Shown here: positions 8,231-17,790 of the stretch, in pieces | How the letters are laid out: each line of letters opens with the position of its first letter | Position numbering within the stretch: position 1 is the stretch's first letter | NCBI GenBank assembly: GCA_019244185.1 | Contig: JAFATB010000014.1 | Span: 320,001 to 384,000, forward strand | Direction: 5' to 3' | Source: Acidobacteriota bacterium | GTDB taxonomy: Bacteria > Acidobacteriota > Thermoanaerobaculia > Gp7-AA8 | DNA: 64,000 nucleotides | Made by a program: the position numbers and the translations under genes | The notes under the pieces: model-generated | Databases searched by the model: none | Told to the model about the DNA's origin: nothing | Seen by the model: only the letters and a program-made list of their open reading frames with translations

Positions 8231-9616
8231 TCAATCGACGCGCACGCGCCGCTGCACGCCGTTGCGCGTGCGCTTGTTCACCTCGCGCACCTCGATGCGG
8301 TGGACGCCGGCGGGGAGGTCGAGGGTGAACGTGCGGGGCTCGCGGATCTCGCCTTCGGCGGTGAGCGCGTCGTCGGCGTAGACCTCGACGTACGGCGGGA
8401 CTTCGTCGCTCTGCACGGTGTCGATGCGGATGGCGATCGGGGCTTCGTCGGCGTAGACGTCGGCGAAGGCGGAGTTGCAGACTTCGTTCGTGCCGCAGCC
8501 GCCGGTCCAGACGCGCGGTTGTGCGGCGAGCGCGACGAGCTGTTCGTGGACGCGTTTCGCCGCGTCGGTGTCCTCGCGGCGCACGGCGAGCTCCTCGGTC
8601 ACGGCGAGCACGGGCAGCGTGACGGCGACCGCAGCGGCGCGTTCCAGCGCCGCGTTTGCGTCGGCCTCGTTGCCGTGTGCGGCCTGGTAGCGCGCGCGAT
8701 CGAGCAGGTACGGCACCCATTCCGGCGCGCCGGCGACGCCCGCGGCGAGCTCGATGCGCGCGGCGGCGTCGGGCCGGCCGAGGGCGAGCGCGATGCGCGC
8801 GCGGAGCGGATCGTAGATGACGCGTTCGGCGTCGATGAGCGGCTCGAAGCCGGTGAGCGGCCCGAGGTGATGGCGCACCGCGTAGTCGGCCACTTCGCTC
8901 GCGCGCCCTTCGACGTGATTCGGCATGAACGGACGCCGCGCGACTTCCTCGATGATGCGGCGCACGAGCGGCTCGTCGCCCGCGTCGAGCGGCGGAAACA
9001 CGAAGTCGACGAGATCGGGCGCGCTGAGGCCGGCCTGCGTCGCCTCGAAACGCTGCAGGCGTTCGCGGCGAATGTCCTCGCGCAGCTCGCGATAGTCGGC
9101 GAAGCGGCCGTTGACCACGGCGAGCTCGCGCAGGTTCACGAGCGCGGACGCGGTGTGCGGCGCGACGCGGCGCAGGTACGTGAGGTCGTGCGTCAGCTCC
9201 CAGAGCGGCCGGGCGAGCGAGTCGAAGATCTCCTGATCGTGCAGCAGCGGCGCGGCCTCGTCGAGCACGAGCTTCCGATCGGACGCGCCGAGCTCGTACC
9301 AGTGGAAGAGCCCCGCGCGCACGAACGACGCGGCGCTGTTCGGGCGGCGCGGCGCGAGGTACTTCGCCGCGTCGTGCGCCCAGTGCCAAAGCTCGATGCG
9401 GCGCGGCAGCGTGGTGTCGAGCGCGGCGTCGGAGATCTCTCCGGCGACGAGCCAGTCGGCCGGATGCGCGGCGAGCCATCGCGCCATCGCCGTCACGTCG
9501 TCGTGCGGCGGAGGCGCATCGCGCAGTACGTCGCGATGCGTCAGCAGCAGCGCGAGCGTCACCGCCATCGTCGCCGCGGTGATCGCGAGAAACGCCTGCC
9601 GCCGCTCGCGCGTCAC
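8231..9616 (-). CDS. Hypothetical membrane-anchored protein (helical, TPR-like core; beta-rich C-terminus)
   Basis: GTG start overlapping the upstream GT stop (GTGA), N-terminal TM, coding-like codon use. Confidence 0.65.
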   Translation of the reverse strand: MTRERRQAFLAITAATMAVTLALLLTHRDVLRDAPPPHDDVTAMARWLAAHPADWLVAGEISDAALDTTLPRRIELWHWAHDAAKYLAPRRPNSAASFVRAGLFHWYELGASDRKLVLDEAAPLLHDQEIFDSLARPLWELTHDLTYLRRVAPHTASALVNLRELAVVNGRFADYRELREDIRRERLQRFEATQAGLSAPDLVDFVFPPLDAGDEPLVRRIIEEVARRPFMPNHVEGRASEVADYAVRHHLGPLTGFEPLIDAERVIYDPLRARIALALGRPDAAARIELAAGVAGAPEWVPYLLDRARYQAAHGNEADANAALERAAAVAVTLPVLAVTEELAVRREDTDAAKRVHEQLVALAAQPRVWTGGCGTNEVCNSAFADVYADEAPIAIRIDTVQSDEVPPYVEVYADDALTAEGEIREPRTFTLDLPAGVHRIEVREVNKRTRNGVQRRVRVD

Positions 9617-10716
9617 GCCACCGCCTCCAGCACGCGCTCCCACGCCGCGAACGCGTGCTCCGGCGCGAAGCGCGCGAGATAGAGCTCGCGTCCGCGCCGT
9701 CCCATCTCCGCCGCCGCCTCAGGATCGGCGGCGAGCGTGCGGATCGCGCGCGCGAGTCCTTCCGCATCACCCGGCGCGACGACGAAACCGCAGCGATGCG
9801 CGTCGATGATCCGCGCCAGCTCGCCGTCGCGCGCGCCGATGAAGAGCACCGGCCGTGCGACCGCGAGAATGCCGTAGAACTTGCTCGGGACGATCAGCCC
9901 TTCGAGCGACGGCTGCAGCGAGACGAGGTGCGCGTCGACGGACGAGAGGCTCGCGCTGAGCTCTTCGCGCGGAGCGTAACCGCGGAACGTGACATTCGCG
10001 CCCGCGGCGCGTTTCACCGCATCGAGCTGCGCGCCGCCGCCGGTGAAGACGAACTGCACGTCCGGCAGCATGCGCGCGGCGGCGAGCATCGTGTCGAACT
10101 CGTGCGCGCGCCCGAGGTTGCCGGAGTAGCCGACGGAGAAGCGCGCGTCGTCGTGTACGATCGGCGCGAGCGCGGCGTCGGCCCAGTTGTGAATCACGAC
10201 CGCGTTCGGCACGCGCGCGGCCATGAGATCGCCGAGGACGACGTTCGTGCGCGCGCGGCGCAGCGACCAGTCGCGCAGCCGGCGCAACACGCGCGGCGCG
10301 CGGATGCCGAGCGCTTCCGCGACTTCGGGGAAGAGATCCTGCACCCAGTTGACGACGCGGCGTCCGGCCAGTGCGGCCACGACGGACAGCAGCGGCGGAT
10401 CGGTCATGGCGATGATGATCGCATCCCGCGAGCGCAACATCGCAAAGAACGCGCTCGCGTAAAACGTCAGGTAATCGAGCGCGCGTCCCGCCAGCCCGCC
10501 GCGTCCGAAGCGCGTCGACCAGACGCGCACGATGCGCACGCCCTGCACGCTTTCCCGCGAGGCGAGCCCCGCGCGCGCGTCGTCGTAGCGCTGCCGGCTC
10601 GTGACGGCCGTGACCTCGTGTCCGCGCGCCGCGAGATGAAACGCGAGATCGGACGCGATCTGACTTGTTGCAGAATGGTCGGGATGGAAGTAGCGATTCA
10701 CCAAGAGCACGCGCAC
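9613..10716 (-). CDS. Glycosyltransferase family 4 (WcaI-like)
   Basis: MRVLLVNRYFHPD, YSGNLGRAH, LIVPSKFYGILAVARP. Confidence 0.9.
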   Translation of the reverse strand: MRVLLVNRYFHPDHSATSQIASDLAFHLAARGHEVTAVTSRQRYDDARAGLASRESVQGVRIVRVWSTRFGRGGLAGRALDYLTFYASAFFAMLRSRDAIIIAMTDPPLLSVVAALAGRRVVNWVQDLFPEVAEALGIRAPRVLRRLRDWSLRRARTNVVLGDLMAARVPNAVVIHNWADAALAPIVHDDARFSVGYSGNLGRAHEFDTMLAAARMLPDVQFVFTGGGAQLDAVKRAAGANVTFRGYAPREELSASLSSVDAHLVSLQPSLEGLIVPSKFYGILAVARPVLFIGARDGELARIIDAHRCGFVVAPGDAEGLARAIRTLAADPEAAAEMGRRGRELYLARFAPEHAFAAWERVLEAVA

Positions 10717-10718
10717 GC

Positions 10719-12461
10719 ATGATCATTTTAGGCATCAACGCCCACCACGCCGATGCCTCCGCCGCGATCGTCGTCGACGGCAAGCTCGTCGCCGCCGCCG
10801 AAGAGGAACGCTTCCGCCGCCTCAAACACTGGGCCGGCTTCCCGAGCGCCGCGATCGAATACTGCCTGGCCGAGGCCGGCGTGGGGATCAACGACGTCGA
10901 CCACATCGCCGTCAACCGCGACCCGAACGCGCGCCTCATCCAGCGCGCGAAGTTCCTCGTGAAGAACCGCCCGTCCCTCGGCGCGGTGAAGCGGCGGCTC
11001 GAGAACCGCGCGAAGATCCGCGATCTCAAAACGGAGCTCGTCGAAACGTTCCGGCTCGACTCCTTGAAGCCCGCCCTGCATCATGTCGAGCACCACCGCG
11101 CGCACCTCGCGTCGTCGTTCTTCGTCGCGCCGTTCGAGGAAGCGGCGGTGCTGTCGATCGACGGCTTCGGCGATTTCGTGAGCTCGATGTGGGGCGTCGC
11201 GCGCGGCAATCACATCGAGGTCCTCGGCGAGATCGGCTTCCCGCACTCGCTCGGCATCTTCTACACAGCGATGACGCAGTACCTCGGCTTCCCGCACTAC
11301 GGCGACGAGTACAAGGTCATGGGCCTCGCGCCGTACGGGCAGCCGTCGTTTCTGAAGGAGATGCGCGACATCGTGCACGTCGAGAACGGCCGCTTCGCGC
11401 TGAACCTCGACTACTTCACGCATCACACCGCGGGCCTGGACATGACGTGGCAGGGCGGCTCGCCGACGATCGGCCCCGTGTTCTCGGAGAAGCTCGTCGA
11501 GCTGCTCGGCCCCGTGCGCGATCCGCGCGATCCGATGGAGCAGCGCCACAAGGATCTCGCCGCGTCGATGCAGGCGATGTTCGAGGAGGCGTACTTCGCG
11601 CTCGCGAATGCGCTGCACGCGAAAACAAAGCTCTCCGCGCTCTGCCTCGCCGGCGGCTGCGGCTACAACAGCGTCGCGAACGGGCTCGTGTTCGATCGCT
11701 CGCCGTATCGCGATCTCTACATCCAGGCGGCGGCGGGCGATGCGGGCGGCGCGATCGGCGCGGCGTACTGGGTCTGGAACGAGACGCTGCATCAGCCGCG
11801 CGGCTTCGTGATGGATCACGCGTACTGGGGTCCGCAATACGACGACGACGCGGTCGACCGCGCGGTCGCGGCGCGCAAGGCGGATCTCGACGAGGCGCAC
11901 TGCACGATCGAGCGCGTGCACGACGAGCGCGCGCTCTGCGCGCGGACGGCGGCGCAAGTCGCCGAGGGGAACGTCGTGGGCTGGTTCCAGGGGCGGATGG
12001 AGTGGGGGCCGCGCGCGCTCGGCAACCGCTCGATCGTCTGCGATCCGCGCCGCGCGAACATGAAGGACATCCTCAACCAGAAGATCAAGCGGCGTGAGTC
12101 GTTCCGTCCGTTCGCGCCGTCGATCCTGCGCGACGCCGTGGGCGATTGGTTCGAGACCGACTACGACGTGCCGTTCATGCTGCAGGTCTACCAGATCCGC
12201 GAGGAAAAGCGCGCGCAGATTCCGGCAGTGACGCACGTGAACGGCTCGGGGCGGCTGCAGTCGGTGACGGAGGCGCAGAATCCGCGCTACTACCATCTCA
12301 TCGAGGCGTTCCGCGACGCGACCGGGATTCCGATCGTGCTCAACACGTCGTTCAACGAGAACGAGCCGGTCGTGAACAATCCGGCCGAAGCGCTCGACTG
12401 TTTTCTGCGCACGAAAATGGATCTGCTCGTGATGGGCGATCTGATGATCCAGCGGGTCTGA
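10719..12461 (+). CDS. O-carbamoyltransferase (NodU/CmcH family)
   Basis: MIILGINAHHADASAA, AEEERF, EHHRAHLAS, DGFGD, EYKVMGLAPYG, GPRALGNRS, KRRESFRPFAPS, LNTSFN. Confidence 0.95.
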   Translation: MIILGINAHHADASAAIVVDGKLVAAAEEERFRRLKHWAGFPSAAIEYCLAEAGVGINDVDHIAVNRDPNARLIQRAKFLVKNRPSLGAVKRRLENRAKIRDLKTELVETFRLDSLKPALHHVEHHRAHLASSFFVAPFEEAAVLSIDGFGDFVSSMWGVARGNHIEVLGEIGFPHSLGIFYTAMTQYLGFPHYGDEYKVMGLAPYGQPSFLKEMRDIVHVENGRFALNLDYFTHHTAGLDMTWQGGSPTIGPVFSEKLVELLGPVRDPRDPMEQRHKDLAASMQAMFEEAYFALANALHAKTKLSALCLAGGCGYNSVANGLVFDRSPYRDLYIQAAAGDAGGAIGAAYWVWNETLHQPRGFVMDHAYWGPQYDDDAVDRAVAARKADLDEAHCTIERVHDERALCARTAAQVAEGNVVGWFQGRMEWGPRALGNRSIVCDPRRANMKDILNQKIKRRESFRPFAPSILRDAVGDWFETDYDVPFMLQVYQIREEKRAQIPAVTHVNGSGRLQSVTEAQNPRYYHLIEAFRDATGIPIVLNTSFNENEPVVNNPAEALDCFLRTKMDLLVMGDLMIQRV

Positions 12462-12475
12462 TGAAGCGGCACTGA

Positions 12476-13639
12476 ATGAAGCGCGTCTGGATTGCGGCAG
12501 CCGCATACGCGGCGGTGCTTCTCGCACTGGGCGCTTTGCATTACTGGCGCGCGCCGCTCGGTTTCGACGAGGCGCATTTCTACGCGCCCGCGGTCGACTA
12601 CTTCGCTGCGCGCCTTCCCCACGTGCCGCTCGACTATCCGATGCCGATGCCGCCCCTCGGATTGCTGATTCAGGGCTCGCTGGCGCGGCTCGGCGCGAGC
12701 GTGGCGATGCTGCGCGCGCTGACCACGCTCGCCGCGGTCGGCATCGTCTGCGTCACGGCGGCGCTGCTCGCGGAGCGCGACTCGTGGCGCGCGGCGCTGC
12801 TGGTGGTGATGAGCGGCTGCTATCCGCCGCTGCTGGCGAACGCGTTTTCACTGAAGCACCACGAGATCGCGATCGTGCTCATGGCCGTCGCATATCTCTG
12901 TGCGCAGCGCGGGCGGCGGTGGACGGCGGTGCTGATCCTCGCCGCCGCGGCGATCATTCATCAGGCCGCGGCGGCGATGGCGATCGCGCTGGCGCTGCGC
13001 GCGCTGCTGCGCCGCATGCCGCGCGAGATGGTGCTGTACGGACTGTCGCTCGTGCCGCTCGCCGCGCTCGTGCTGTACTGGCGCGGCGCGGTGCCGCCGG
13101 CGTTCACGGCCGCGGCGATCGGGCGTCCCGTGCAGGGATTGAATCCGCGCGCGCCCCTTGGCCTCCTGGTCATGGCCGGCGTCTGGATCGTGCCGCTGCT
13201 GCGGGTCCCGTGGAAGCGCGCGCTGACGACGACGGCGATCGCGGTACCGTTCACCGCGGTCTGGACGTATGCGACGCGGCTCATGGATCGCACGGCGACG
13301 ATCAACGACTATCTGGCCGGTCCGGTCGCGACGCTCATCGCGGCGTCGCATTCGTATGCGTTTGCCATCGCGGCCGCCGCGCTCCTGGCCGCGTTTGGCG
13401 CGACGCTCTTCACGACGCCGCGCAACGACGAGATCGACGAGCTGCGCGTCTGGACGGTCGCCGCGGCCGGACCGGTCGTGGCGATGTCGGTGACCTACGA
13501 GCTCTACTTCGCGCCGTTCGTCACGATCGCGTGGCTCATCCTGCGCCGGAGCATCGTCGCGTCGCGTTCGCGGATGATGGTTGCGTACGAGCTGCTCGTC
13601 ATCGCCGCCGCGTTCGCGTTCCTCATCGCGAAGGCCTGA
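12476..13639 (+). CDS. Multi-TM membrane protein, possible GT-C glycosyltransferase
   Basis: About 10 hydrophobic segments; acidic DE motif (GFDEAHFY) in first periplasmic loop. Confidence 0.55.
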   Translation: MKRVWIAAAAYAAVLLALGALHYWRAPLGFDEAHFYAPAVDYFAARLPHVPLDYPMPMPPLGLLIQGSLARLGASVAMLRALTTLAAVGIVCVTAALLAERDSWRAALLVVMSGCYPPLLANAFSLKHHEIAIVLMAVAYLCAQRGRRWTAVLILAAAAIIHQAAAAMAIALALRALLRRMPREMVLYGLSLVPLAALVLYWRGAVPPAFTAAAIGRPVQGLNPRAPLGLLVMAGVWIVPLLRVPWKRALTTTAIAVPFTAVWTYATRLMDRTATINDYLAGPVATLIAASHSYAFAIAAAALLAAFGATLFTTPRNDEIDELRVWTVAAAGPVVAMSVTYELYFAPFVTIAWLILRRSIVASRSRMMVAYELLVIAAAFAFLIAKA

Positions 13640-14375
13640 GCAGTTCCCACGACAGCATCAGCTCCGCGAGGAAGCGCTCGAGCGTGTAGCGCAGGCCGAC
13701 CGCGCCGTCGCGGATCACGCCGCGCACGAAGAGCGTGTGCAGCACGACGGCGAAGGGCGCGACGACGATCAGCTTGCGCACGCGCGCAGCGGCGTTGAGC
13801 GTCTTCGGATCGGCGGTGCGCAACTTCTCCGCTTCCTGGCGCATGTAGCGACGCTGCCGTTGGAGGAAGCGGCGGAAGTCTTTGCGGTCGTCGTGAATGA
13901 TGCGTCCGCGGAGATGGCCCGGTTCCGCGTCGGGCGTGAATCGCGGCGTGTGGCCATCCTGCCAGACGCGCACGTGGTCGCGGTGAAAGAGCACGATGCG
14001 CGGCGGATACAGCGACGCGCGCAGCGGCTTGCCGCCAATCGCGTACGTGAAGCCGATGATGTACGCGTCGCGGTCCGGCGCGAGCGCGCGCAGCTCGTCC
14101 ACGAGCTCCGGCGTCACGAAGTAGTCGGCGTCGAGCAGCAGCATCCACGGCGTGCGCGCGGCGGCGATGCCGTGGTTCGACTGTCCGGCGATCGAGTCGA
14201 TCGCGCGCGAGAGCACGCGGACGTTGGGAAAGCTGCGCGCGATCTCCACGGTGCGATCGGTGGAGAGGCTGTCGACGACGATCACCTCGGCCGCCCACGT
14301 CAGCTGGCCGAGCGTGCGGGCGATGTTCGCCTCCTCGTCGCGCGTCAGGACGACCGGTGTGATCTGATCGAGCAC
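13623..14375 (-). CDS. Glycosyltransferase family 2 (WaaE/KdtX-like)
   Basis: ITPVVLTRDEEANI, VVDSLSTDRT, LLDAD. Confidence 0.88.
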   Translation of the reverse strand: MLDQITPVVLTRDEEANIARTLGQLTWAAEVIVVDSLSTDRTVEIARSFPNVRVLSRAIDSIAGQSNHGIAAARTPWMLLLDADYFVTPELVDELRALAPDRDAYIIGFTYAIGGKPLRASLYPPRIVLFHRDHVRVWQDGHTPRFTPDAEPGHLRGRIIHDDRKDFRRFLQRQRRYMRQEAEKLRTADPKTLNAAARVRKLIVVAPFAVVLHTLFVRGVIRDGAVGLRYTLERFLAELMLSWELLRPSR

Positions 14376-15451
14376 GAATACGCCTCTTCCATCTGCTGCG
14401 CCACGCGTTCCCACGTGAAGCGCGATTCCACGAGCGTGCGGCCGTTGCGTCCCATCTGCGCGCGACGCGCGCCGTCCGCGAGCAACTCTCCGACGCGTTC
14501 CAGTCCGACGACGCCGGCATCCGCGCGCACGACGTCATCCGCGAGACCGACTTCGGACGAGAGCACGACCGGCGTCTCCATCGCCAGCGCTTCCAGCACC
14601 GCGTTGCCGAAATTCTCCGAGCGCGACGGCAGCACGAAGAGCGCCGCGCGCGCGAGCAGCTCGTCTTTCGCCGCGCCGTAGACCGCCCCCGGAAACGTCA
14701 CGCGCGCGGCGACGCCGCGTTGCTGCGCGAGCGCCTGCAGCTTCGGCGTCAGCTGTTCCTCATCGTTGCCGGCGATGACGAGGTGCGCGTCCGGCGGCAG
14801 CGCCTCGATGGCGCGGTCGAGTCCTTTCTTCCAGTTGATGCGGCCGAGAAAGAGCAGCATGCGCTCGTCGCGCGCGACGTCGGGACGCGGCGGGACGTCG
14901 ACGCCGTTCGGCACCACGAAAGGCGACGGCAGCGGCACGCCGGTGCGTTTCGCGTCGTCCCATTCGAGCCGCGAGGTGAAGTGGATCGCGGCGGCGCCGG
15001 CGAGGGCGCGGCGTTCGACGAGGCGCAGCCAGAGCGTTTTCGCGGCCCGGCTCTTCGCGCGGATCAGCTCCGGCACGAGCATGCCGCGCGGCGTGATGAC
15101 GTACGGTACGCGATGCCGCCGCGCGCGCCGCGCCGCGGCGACGCCCGGCCAGAGATAGACGGCGTGGCTGTGCACGAGGTCGGCGTTCGGCACTTCCGTC
15201 TCGAGGGCGCGCCGCATCTCCGGAGACCAGTAGAGGCGGGGAAACGGCGAGGCGCAGTAGCGGACCTCGACGCCGTCCATCGTGACGGAAGGCGGGACGT
15301 CCAGCGTGCCGTCGCCGTCGACGCTGGTGGTCAACACCTTGACTTCATGGCCGCGCGCCGCGAGGGCCTTGCAGAGTCCGTGGACGGCCACGATCGGGCC
15401 GCCGTAGCGGCGCGCCGGGAGATACGTCGGGACGACGTGGAGCAGCCTCAC
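14345..15451 (-). CDS. Glycosyltransferase family 4
   Basis: MRLLHVVP..YGGP, LFLGRINWKKG, PSRSENFGNAVLEAL. Confidence 0.92.
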   Translation of the reverse strand: MRLLHVVPTYLPARRYGGPIVAVHGLCKALAARGHEVKVLTTSVDGDGTLDVPPSVTMDGVEVRYCASPFPRLYWSPEMRRALETEVPNADLVHSHAVYLWPGVAAARRARRHRVPYVITPRGMLVPELIRAKSRAAKTLWLRLVERRALAGAAAIHFTSRLEWDDAKRTGVPLPSPFVVPNGVDVPPRPDVARDERMLLFLGRINWKKGLDRAIEALPPDAHLVIAGNDEEQLTPKLQALAQQRGVAARVTFPGAVYGAAKDELLARAALFVLPSRSENFGNAVLEALAMETPVVLSSEVGLADDVVRADAGVVGLERVGELLADGARRAQMGRNGRTLVESRFTWERVAQQMEEAYSCSIRSHRSS

Positions 15452-15466
15452 GCGGGCGCTACGGTG

Positions 15467-16864
15467 CTACGCGGTCGCCGGTGCCGTCAACTGCTGCGGC
15501 TGCGCGGCGTCGCTCTTCTCCGCCGCCGGCAGACGCTCGTCGAGCGCGGCGGTGGCGAAGAGACAGCCGATGAGGAACGCCGTGAAGAGCGACAGCACGG
15601 CGTCCGTGTACGCCTGCGCCGAGGCGGTGAAGGTGGCCGCGTTCGCGAGAAAGAGGCCGAACAGCGAGACGCGGCCGAGCTGCGAGGAGCCGGGGACGTC
15701 GGGGATCTTCGTCAGCCGCATCAGCATCGCCAGGAGCAGCCACGCGACGAACGCGATGGCGAGGAGACCGGGCAGGCCGACTTCGATGGCCAGCTTGCCG
15801 AGGCCGCCTTCCTGCCAGCCGAGCTGCTCGGTGCTGCCCTTGAGCACGTGCTGCGCGCCCTGCGTCGCCGTGCCGAGTCCCGCGCCGAGGAAGCCGTATT
15901 GCTGGAACGTGGCCCACGCGCCGCCCTCGAGTCGATGCGTGATCTCGTCCTGCGACGCGGCGGCGGCGCGCGCGTACGCGCTCGACTGCTGCCCCGCGGC
16001 GATGTGGTGCATGACCGTCCAGAGGATCAGCATCACGCCCGCGAGCGAGAACACCTGCGCGTTCTGCACGCGGCGGAAGTAGCGCCACAGCACGACCGCG
16101 GCGTAGACGACGACGAAGTACGTCGCCTTGCGGCGGCCGGCGATGAGACAGGTGAGGAACGCCCACGCGGAGACGCTCATCCAGATCAGCACCTGCTTGC
16201 GCACGCCGGAGCGCAGGGCCATGGTGATGGCGATGGCGGTCAGCGTGGCCGCGTGCCACCCCATGATGTCGGGGCTGCGGTAGAAGCCGGAGAGGAGGCG
16301 CACTTCCATGCCGCTGAAGTAGCGGATGTAGTCGACGCCCGGCTGCGCGACCAGTCCCAGCACCGGCGACCGCACGCGGAAGTACTCGAGGATCGTGCCG
16401 ATGAGCGCGATGGACGTGATGGCCGCGTAGACGCGGTAGAGCTGGTAGAGCTGCTCCTCGCGCTGGAGCCACGTGTAGCCGAGGATGATCGCGGGGAGCG
16501 GCGCGAGATAGGTGAAGAGGCCGAGCATCGGCACCTTCCAGTTGTCGACGCCGTACGTCACCAGGCCGTTCATCGCCGCGATGGCCAGCGTGAGAATGAG
16601 GATGAACGTCGCGGAGTAGAGGTTGGCGAAGCGCCGGCTGAAATCCGTCAGCGCCGCGGCCATCTCCTTGCGCGCGGTGAAGAGGATCATCGCGTAGATG
16701 AGGATGATGCTGAACGAGATGGTGACCGGCGTGCCGGGCGTGAGCTTGCGCACCGGATCCTGCAGCACGCCGCAGGCGAGCAGCAGATACCAGCCGCGGC
16801 GCCAGTCGAGGCTGGCGTACGCGGTGCAGCCCGCGAGGAGCATGAGGTAGGCGATCAGCGCCAT
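15467..16864 (-). CDS. Putative Wzy polysaccharide polymerase
   Basis: About 11 TM segments, IAGRRK, GAGLGTATQG, EGGLGKLAIEVGLPG; within GT operon. Confidence 0.65.
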   Translation of the reverse strand: MALIAYLMLLAGCTAYASLDWRRGWYLLLACGVLQDPVRKLTPGTPVTISFSIILIYAMILFTARKEMAAALTDFSRRFANLYSATFILILTLAIAAMNGLVTYGVDNWKVPMLGLFTYLAPLPAIILGYTWLQREEQLYQLYRVYAAITSIALIGTILEYFRVRSPVLGLVAQPGVDYIRYFSGMEVRLLSGFYRSPDIMGWHAATLTAIAITMALRSGVRKQVLIWMSVSAWAFLTCLIAGRRKATYFVVVYAAVVLWRYFRRVQNAQVFSLAGVMLILWTVMHHIAAGQQSSAYARAAAASQDEITHRLEGGAWATFQQYGFLGAGLGTATQGAQHVLKGSTEQLGWQEGGLGKLAIEVGLPGLLAIAFVAWLLLAMLMRLTKIPDVPGSSQLGRVSLFGLFLANAATFTASAQAYTDAVLSLFTAFLIGCLFATAALDERLPAAEKSDAAQPQQLTAPATA

Positions 16865-16893
16865 CGCAGCGTTGAGCAACCGGTGACGGACAA

Positions 16894-17790
16894 CTATTCC
16901 CTTCGCCCCTGATGTTGCGCCTGACGCCGCGCACGTAAAGCCGCCGCGAGGCCGCGCAGTTCGCCGACGAGCTTCGGCGCGATCGCCCACGGATGCCTGA
17001 GGTGATAGCCGGTGGCGACGTTCTGCCGCAGGCGGCGCAGCGCGTAGCGCCAGAAAGCCGGCACGTGTCTACGAGCGAAATAGTAGTCGCCCATCGAATG
17101 GGCGGGGGAGGCGCTGGTGCGGTGGTCTCCGTACGCGCGCACGCCGCCGGTGGGGATCTTGAGATGCCGGATCGACGCGCGCGGCTCGTAGCGGATGCGG
17201 CCGCCCGCCTCGACGAGACGCAGCGCGAAGTCGGTCTCGAAGCGATACGCGGCGGCGATGAAGCGCTCGTCGAAGCCGCCGATCGACAGCGCCCGCGCGC
17301 GGTCGACGGAGAGATTGCCGGCCATGACGTTCTCGACGTCGCACGCTTCGTCGTGATGGAAGCGGAACTCGAGGTCGCGGATCGCGCCGCGGTGCAGCGT
17401 CGCGTCGTCGTAATGCCGCGGCGTCTCGCCCGGCTGCAGCACCTGTCCCACCACCGCCCACACGCCCGGCGTCTGCAGTGCCCGCGCGTGCGCGGCCACG
17501 AGGTCGGGCGCCGGCGCGATGTCGTCGTCGAGGAAGAGCACGTACGGGTTGCGCGCTTCCGCGAGCGCGACGTTCATCGCGTGCGGGATCGACGGCGCGT
17601 CGAGTCGGATGACGCGGATCGCGCCCTCGGCTTCCCACGCGCGGAGCCGCGCGTCGATCTCCGGCGGATGCGCGCGGGTCTGGTCGACGAGCACGATCTC
17701 GTCCGCGCGCGGCGCCAGCGCGAGCAGCAGCGGGATCGTCTCGACCAGCACCGCGCCGCGGTTGTACGTCGGGATGGCGATGGTCAACAT
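16894..17790 (-). CDS. Glycosyltransferase family 2
   Basis: From ATG 17790: MLTIAIPTYNR, LFLDDD, IGGFDERF. Confidence 0.9.
   Translation of the reverse strand: MLTIAIPTYNRGAVLVETIPLLLALAPRADEIVLVDQTRAHPPEIDARLRAWEAEGAIRVIRLDAPSIPHAMNVALAEARNPYVLFLDDDIAPAPDLVAAHARALQTPGVWAVVGQVLQPGETPRHYDDATLHRGAIRDLEFRFHHDEACDVENVMAGNLSVDRARALSIGGFDERFIAAAYRFETDFALRLVEAGGRIRYEPRASIRHLKIPTGGVRAYGDHRTSASPAHSMGDYYFARRHVPAFWRYALRRLRQNVATGYHLRHPWAIAPKLVGELRGLAAALRARRQAQHQGRRE

Noticed and set aside
7419-9770. Apparent 783-aa kinase fusion; likewise the long N-terminal extensions of ORFs 16894-18945, 31595-33694, 50949-53696 and 50994-53567
   Set aside because: The extensions overlap real genes in other frames; only the C-terminal parts are coding.
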